From Guillardia theta CCMP2712 (taxonomy: Eukaryota; Protista; Cryptophyta): a DNA stretch of 64,000 nucleotides. The stretch's first letter is position 1, and every line of letters starts with the position of its first letter. The position numbers and the translations under genes were made by a program. This document shows positions 57,860-64,000 of the stretch, piece by piece. Under the pieces are notes generated by a model. It saw only the letters and a list, made by a program, of their open reading frames with translations. It ran no database searches and was not told the DNA's origin. The DNA lies in assembly GCF_000315625.1 (NCBI RefSeq), contig NW_005434602.1, positions 305,848-369,847 on the forward strand, given 5' to 3'.

Positions 57860-59590
57860 TTCTCTGCGATCAGCTGCGCGTTCAGGCTCGAGCTCGATCC
57901 CTCCAGCCTTGTAGGAGAATGACGATCACCGACCTCTCCCTCCTCCTCCTCCTCCGCCGCCTCCTCCTTGCCCTTGGAGTGCGAGGTTGTCTCCATATTT
58001 GCCCCTCCTCGAGGAGGCAGCGGAGGTCTTCTCTGCGCCTGGTTGAGGTCGCTGGCGCCTCCTGCCGCCTTGTCAGCACTTCACCACCTGAGAAACTTCC
58101 CTACGGTTACTGAGGTGTAGCTGTAGCACAGAAGCTGATGAGATGAGACTCTTCGCTCGCAGCAGGAGCTGATCCTCCTCCTCCCCCTCCTCCTCCTCTC
58201 GTCCACTTAGAGGCGGAGGGTGTGGTGAAGAATACGCAAGGAGAGGAGGAGATATGGTTTCCACTAGCTCCTGCCTGTGCCCGTGCCCCTTCTCTTCCTC
58301 ATCCCAGGCTGAGGAAAGGACAAGTTCGCGTGATTGATCGTCGAGCTCCTACGTCAGCCATGAGAGGCGAATGAGAAGGAGAGGCAGGAGACCGAAAGGA
58401 TACGGCGCGAGGGCGAGCTAAGACCCAGCTCAACAGCTCCCCTGCCATGGCCGTTAGTGTGTTACGTGACGGAGAGACCTGACCTTGCGGCGCGAGCTCT
58501 CAGCATGTCGATACTCCTCTCCATGTCCGTCAGCTGCTCTCGCAGCAGCCGTGACCCGAAGCTTCCGGAGTCACTGGAGCACGAGGGCAGCTCGAAGGCA
58601 GCAGTAGGCAGAGAAGGAGGGGAGGAAGGCGCCTGCTCCAGCTTCTCTCCCTCCTCCCTCCCCCCTCCCGAGCTCGTATGTGTCGCTTCCTCGACCACGT
58701 GACTTGTCCTATCGCCCCCGCTCTTGTCTGCCTCGGGCGATATGCACTGAAGAACCAACCTGACGAGACCGCGTCAGCCTCCCTCCGGCAGCCGGTCATG
58801 ACACCTGATGTGCTGTAGCACAGGCTCTAACGGGTTTTTGCCGACGCTGTAGGAGGAACTGAGGGAGAGCCTGAGGGGGCGAGTCAAGGGAGGCTGAGCG
58901 AGTTCTCTGGTCACGTGACAGATGCTTGATCCTGTGAGGCCCCGACCCATTCCCTCCTGCTCCACTTGTTCGATAGCTGCACAACAACTTCAGCATCGTT
59001 GAGTATCGCCCTGGCGCAAGCCCTGCCCACCTTCAAGTCCTGAGAGTCTCTCGTGCGGGAGGACAAGCAACTTGAGTTGTGAGTGCTTGCACGCTCCTCG
59101 TCGACCTTGGAGCCCGACAGCTGACTCAACAGCGAGTTGTGAACGTCCTGAAACAAGCGCTTGTTGAAATGATCAGATGGCCTTGACGCCTGCAGACGGT
59201 AAGACGAGGAAGGAAGCGCGATGAAGGAGCACCGTGAGGCTTTCGTCGGGGTCGATGGAGTCTTCCAAATGAGTTGAGATGTAAGAATCGAGCTTTTCAG
59301 GTGGTCGTCAGACTTTAGCTTCAACAGGCTACATCTACACCTCAGCTGTGAACGAATGCTCTGTTAAGTTTAGTTCGCCGCTCCTTGGATGTTCTGGTCA
59401 TGTTCATCAGCAGCATGGGGGATGTTTGCAGTTCATTGCCTGGCTGTGAATGAGGGGCAGGAGGAGGCGACGGCTGTGGTTGACGATCAAATTCTGAAGA
59501 GCACTCTCTTTGGAGGACATGAATGTTCATGTTCTCCTGGTATGAGAAAATAATTCCTCGAAAGTCCTTCCAAACGTTATCAGCAACCAT
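57860..59590 (-). CDS. Probable multi-exon host gene of unknown function
   Basis: Protein-like exon fragments (DNVWKDFRGIIFSYQEN, EQLTDMERSIDMLRAR) separated by short intron-like segments; model not resolved. Confidence 0.3.
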
Positions 59591-61312
59591 CAGGAGGTGG
59601 GGAGGGAGGGATATCAGGGAATCACACCCGATCTGTGCTGCTCACCCTTTCTCTCGAATGTTATTACGTTCCTGCATCACATATCGTGGTCTAAATGGTG
59701 TACGTGCTCATCCTCTCGCCACCATCCTCGCCCTCGTCTACCTGCCCCTGTCCTGCCCCTCTCATCCTTGTGTCCATGCCGCTGAATCGCTTTCAAAATT
59801 TGAAAAACACCATATCACAGAGTTTACACGCCACGGCACTCCAGTGGACAATCGGATGATTGGCGCCGGGGGGGCCGCGCCTCCGACACTCAGGCTGTCA
59901 GTCAGTGTTCACGGGCCGGGGCCGGGGCCGACCGTACCGCCGGCGCCCGGCCCAGGTTCCGGGCCGCCTTCCGAGTTTACCGTCAATGTTCAGTACGGTC
60001 CTGAGCCTACGAAGAACTTAGGATACTACTGATGAGCCAGGCCCCCGGCCGCCCTGAAGGCTTAGATCATCGGCCGGTTAGTTTTCGGACAGTGACGGTG
60101 AAATTTGTATGCAACCTCGGCCGCTGCAATCATGCGGCCGCCGCGTCGGAGAGTCGCCGGTCGGAGCCTAGTACGGTCCCGAGTCGGACGGTCGTCACTA
60201 ACTTTGAGTCACGAACGGAAAGAATGAGGAGACAGGCTCGGCGGACTCGCCGGGAGATCCGAAGTTACTCACCATACTGAAAGTCAAACAGCGGCGGCTT
60301 CGTATCAATATAGTAGCGGTCAGTAGCCTTTTCTCTCAGACACTGAGTTCTCGCCGTACGGTACCGTGCCGGGCCAACCCGGCGTATGCGGCCTGTGACG
60401 GTCACCGGGTGCGACAGTGTACGGTCCGAGTCAGACTCGAGAGTGAGAGTCTTCAAGTGCCTCGGAGTCCTGCCATGCCATCAGTGATTGCACTGAGTCA
60501 TCGCCGGGAAGCGTAAACTTCGAAAGTTCAATGCGAGGCTACCGGCGTACTGCGGCACGGTGAACTGACCGCGCGTTGCCGGCACTGCCGCCGGGCAGCC
60601 TCAGTGTGTGGCGCCGGCACTGCCGTGGGCCCGTGGGGCCTCGGATTGCAAGTGTTGCATACAAATTTCACTCAAAACTAATTTCATGGGGTAATGATTT
60701 TAAATAGGAAGTAGTCAGTAGCCTCAGCTGGTACTAGCTGCCGGTTGAAAGTCTGATACTAATTTTATAATAGAACAGTACCAATGATCCTGATGTGGTA
60801 CTGTCAGCTTCCCGTAGCCCTTCTTTTCACTACCCTACCCCTCCAATATAGTCGAGTTTGATCGACGACCCACCTTGGGGATTCCCATGTTTTAGGGGTA
60901 CGAATGCCTTCTTTTTTGGAAACGGATGGGACCACCAACCCCACCCTGACCTTTGGAGGTCGATGTACATACCCACCCCTAGCTTACCTACTTGGTTTCA
61001 TAGGTAAATGTGAGGTAGGGGTCAGGGCAGAGGTTAGGGTCGGGTGTCCGTTGTATCCGCTCTTATCCGCCGTCCAATGCAGGAGAGGAACTAGTCACTG
61101 CCTTCTTGCAGCAGACAGCTTCTCCTCCTTTCCTTTCTCTCTTTGCTCTGATCCTTGATAGAAGTAATTTGACATATCCTGTTTCTTCACATCTCGTGTA
61201 TCTTGGGTGCTCAAAGTCTCGTTGTTTGTAACTCAGGAGGGACAGATCATGGCCGTGAAGTAATGTTTCCCAGCTTTTTTGCTTGAAAGTTGTGAGGTTT
61301 TACACAATTATT

Positions 61313-64000
61313 ATGAAGTGCTACATCAAGCTCAATGTTCTCCTTGTGCTGCTAGCGCTTTGCCTCCCGACTGGATCAGGCGAAGCAACAGATGCAGCAA
61401 ATTCGGAAGCGACAGGGAATGGGCTTCAGTTTGCGACAGCTGGTATTCTCGCACAGTTTACAGTTACATCAAAGGACGAGTCTGGCGTGCGACGAACTTC
61501 TGGAGGTGATGAATGGATAGTAGAATTTGCTGGTACAAGGTCTCTTACAGGGTCGGTTGTGGACAATTTGGATGGTACATACCAAGTGTCATATACAGCA
61601 ACGAAATCTGGTAGTTATGAAGTAAGCGTCTTGCTGGCCAAGTCTGGAGGTCTTACAGGATCATACTTTGAGAATGTTTGGTTCTTCTATACTCCTGTAC
61701 AGGTTACTGTTGACCCTCAAATCAACATGGACTGGGGTCTTGGCCGCATCACGCCGACTGGATCAAACTACATTGCAATTCGATGGTAAGCTGATTTCTC
61801 ATTAATCAAATTCCCGGACTGATTTTGATTTCTTTTCAGGGTGGGAAAGTTGAAAACCCTGTACACCGAAACCTACACATTTTATGCGACCACAGATGAC
61901 GGAGCGAGGTTGTGGGTTGATAATGTTCCTCTGATCGATAGGTGGGATTCGTATTGCAACGAAACATCTGCAACTTTAGCATTGAGTGCAAACGTGTTCT
62001 ATGACTTCAAGATGGAATACAAGCAAATCACTGGTTCAGCTTTTGCAAGGTTGACATGGGCATCGAAATCCACCCCGCGAGAAGTAATCCCTTCCAGTCA
62101 ATTTTATTATGAAACTCAGGCCAAACAGTCTCCATTCTCACTGATTGTGATGCCAAACGTTGCAAACGGGTCTCAATCCACAGCTGTGGGATCAGGACTT
62201 TTGGTTGCTACAGCTGGTACTGCAGCGCAATTTACACTTCAAGCGAACGATATGTACGATAACGAGCGTGGCGAAGGAGGGGATATTTTCAGTGTTCGTG
62301 TATATCCACCGAATACAATATCCAATGGAAATCAAGGCCTTCCTGTTCATGCAGTTGTAGTCGATGATACTGATTCATCATACAGTGTTGAGTACACGAC
62401 ATACACCAGTGGCATGAATACATTGCTTGCTGATTTGCTGATTCGAGGTGGTGTTTCTGCGACGTACTACGACAACAATGATTTCACAAATCCGGTCAAG
62501 TTTGCAGAAGGAACATCAACATTGCAGAATGTACATTTCACCTCTTCAACGTACATTTCAAATGGAGTAAACTCAATTCCAACAGTGAACAGTTTTTCTG
62601 TTCGTTATGTCGGCTTCGTGAAGCCCACAAAGGATAGCACGTATCAGTTTGTGTGGAATCGCAATGTTGGAGCTGCAAGTGATCGTGTACGTCTATGGAT
62701 AGATAATACTCTCATTATCGACCAATGGACCTCTCTTGCAGCAAGTAATCCATCAGGTTCGATTGATCTCCGTTCAGCTTATTACTACGATACGCGACTG
62801 GATTACATGTACTATGATGGCTGTGTGAGTGGGTCCTGTGAGGCCTCAGCCATTCTCCAATGGGGTCCGGCGGGATCACAGGTTGCTGACATCACATCCT
62901 CTCAACTGTACATGGGATATCCTATCATGAATTCTCCATACATGGTTGATGTCCTCCCAGCTGGAACCTGTTCTGCGAAATCTTTTGCAACACCCAATCA
63001 AGCAGAACCAGGAAATAGTCTAGAACTGTCGACAGCAGGCGTTCAAGCAGAATTTAGCATCACAGCCAAAGATTTGTACGGAAACTTAAGAGGAATCGGT
63101 GGCGACAACTTCAAGGTCAGACTCACAGGTGTTGATAGCAGTGCTGGTATTGTTCAAGACTTCCTGAATGGTACATATCGTGTTACTTATACCACGACTG
63201 TTTCTGGAACTTATGACATCAGTGTTGTATTTGGAGCAAGTGGAATTTACCAAAGTCCATTCCGAATGGTTTGTCAACCTGCTACCCGTCATCTCCAGTC
63301 TTCATTGGCTGCTGGTCAAGCTCTCTCTCTTGCTACTGCCGGAATCAAGTCAACTGTCACGGTGACAGTACGAGATATCTTCGATAATTGGCAGCCAGAT
63401 CCATCTGTTGCCAATGCTGGGATCAAATTCCAGGTTGTGGATGTTGCTACCTTGCAACCTATCCCTTTGGTACAAGATGCGTTGACTCCTGCTGATATTC
63501 CAAGATTTGTCGATACGATAAGCTACATCGGACCGTCAACAAATGCAGGTCACCAAGTCAGTACTCCGACAAATCTTGACAACCCCAATTTAGTTCTGCG
63601 ATATACAATAACAAAGTCTGGAAATTACAGCCTTTTGATCGCTGGGAGCACCTTGAATGATGGTAAAGTATATGGTTCCCCTTTCAGCTTGTTGACAGAT
63701 CCAAACATTGTTTGTGCTTCAACCTCAACTGCTTCTGGACAAGGATTGTCGATTGCGACGGCCGGAATGTCGGGTTCTTTCATCATTACAGCACGAGATC
63801 AATATTTCAATTTCCGCAACTCCTATTTGTCAGATAATTTCGTTGCTAGGGTGCGCCAGTTTTACAGCTCCGGACTGCCATTAGCCAGTAACAACGGAGG
63901 GAGCATTATGGATGTGATTGAGTGTGGATGGCCTGGATCTAATTGCAAGTCATGGAATACTTACAGTTGGGGTTGGACGACCACTGGCGGACGTGACAAG
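61313..64000 (+). CDS. Large secreted filamin-Ig / PA14 repeat protein (3' end outside window); intron ~61786-61839
   Basis: Signal peptide LNVLLVLLALCL; filamin motifs GNGLQFATAG..FTVTSKD..GGD, VVDNLDGTYQVSY; PA14 motifs AIRWVGKL..TYTFYATTDDGARLWVDN..IDRW. Confidence 0.88.

Noticed and set aside
59860-60660. CpG-rich CCGG-laden intergenic block (similar at 10430-10860 and 26590-26660)
   Set aside because: Recurs in divergent host intergenic regions; no defined ends, ORF or RNA structure recognised

Overview
Eukaryotic algal nuclear DNA: GC-rich genes with many ~50-bp GT-AG introns and a bipartite plastid-targeting leader on IspF. It looks like the cryptophyte Guillardia theta, but that is an inference. 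Host-like genes on the left are a giant secreted IPT/TIG + cadherin-like repeat protein, lipin/Pah1, a coiled-coil/C2 protein, DENR, a GCN2 whose 'pseudokinase' domain looks catalytically intact, and IspF. On the right are a Dispatched/Patched-type SSD protein and a filamin/PA14 protein. Between IspF and the SSD gene lies a ~26-kb compositionally foreign island (~26.7-53.4 kb) of orphan, NLS-rich, virus-like ORFs (GNAT, Zn-knuckle/GIY-YIG, Cys-rich secreted protein, helical-repeat/RING) and three long-unit repeat arrays. Its centrepiece is a Fanzor (eukaryotic TnpB-like RNA-guided nuclease) system. An intact 639-aa Fanzor1 (50639-52558) carries a predicted omegaRNA. An inverted ORF-less 'ghost' copy (43990-44404) keeps the left end/promoter and the omegaRNA scaffold but has a different guide. 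The ghost's terminal 24 bp form a perfect inverted repeat with 30889-30912, defining a 13.5-kb TTAA/ATAA-flanked cargo element with no recognisable transposase and an internal, non-flank-derived guide. All calls are by-eye motif recognition; no searches were run.
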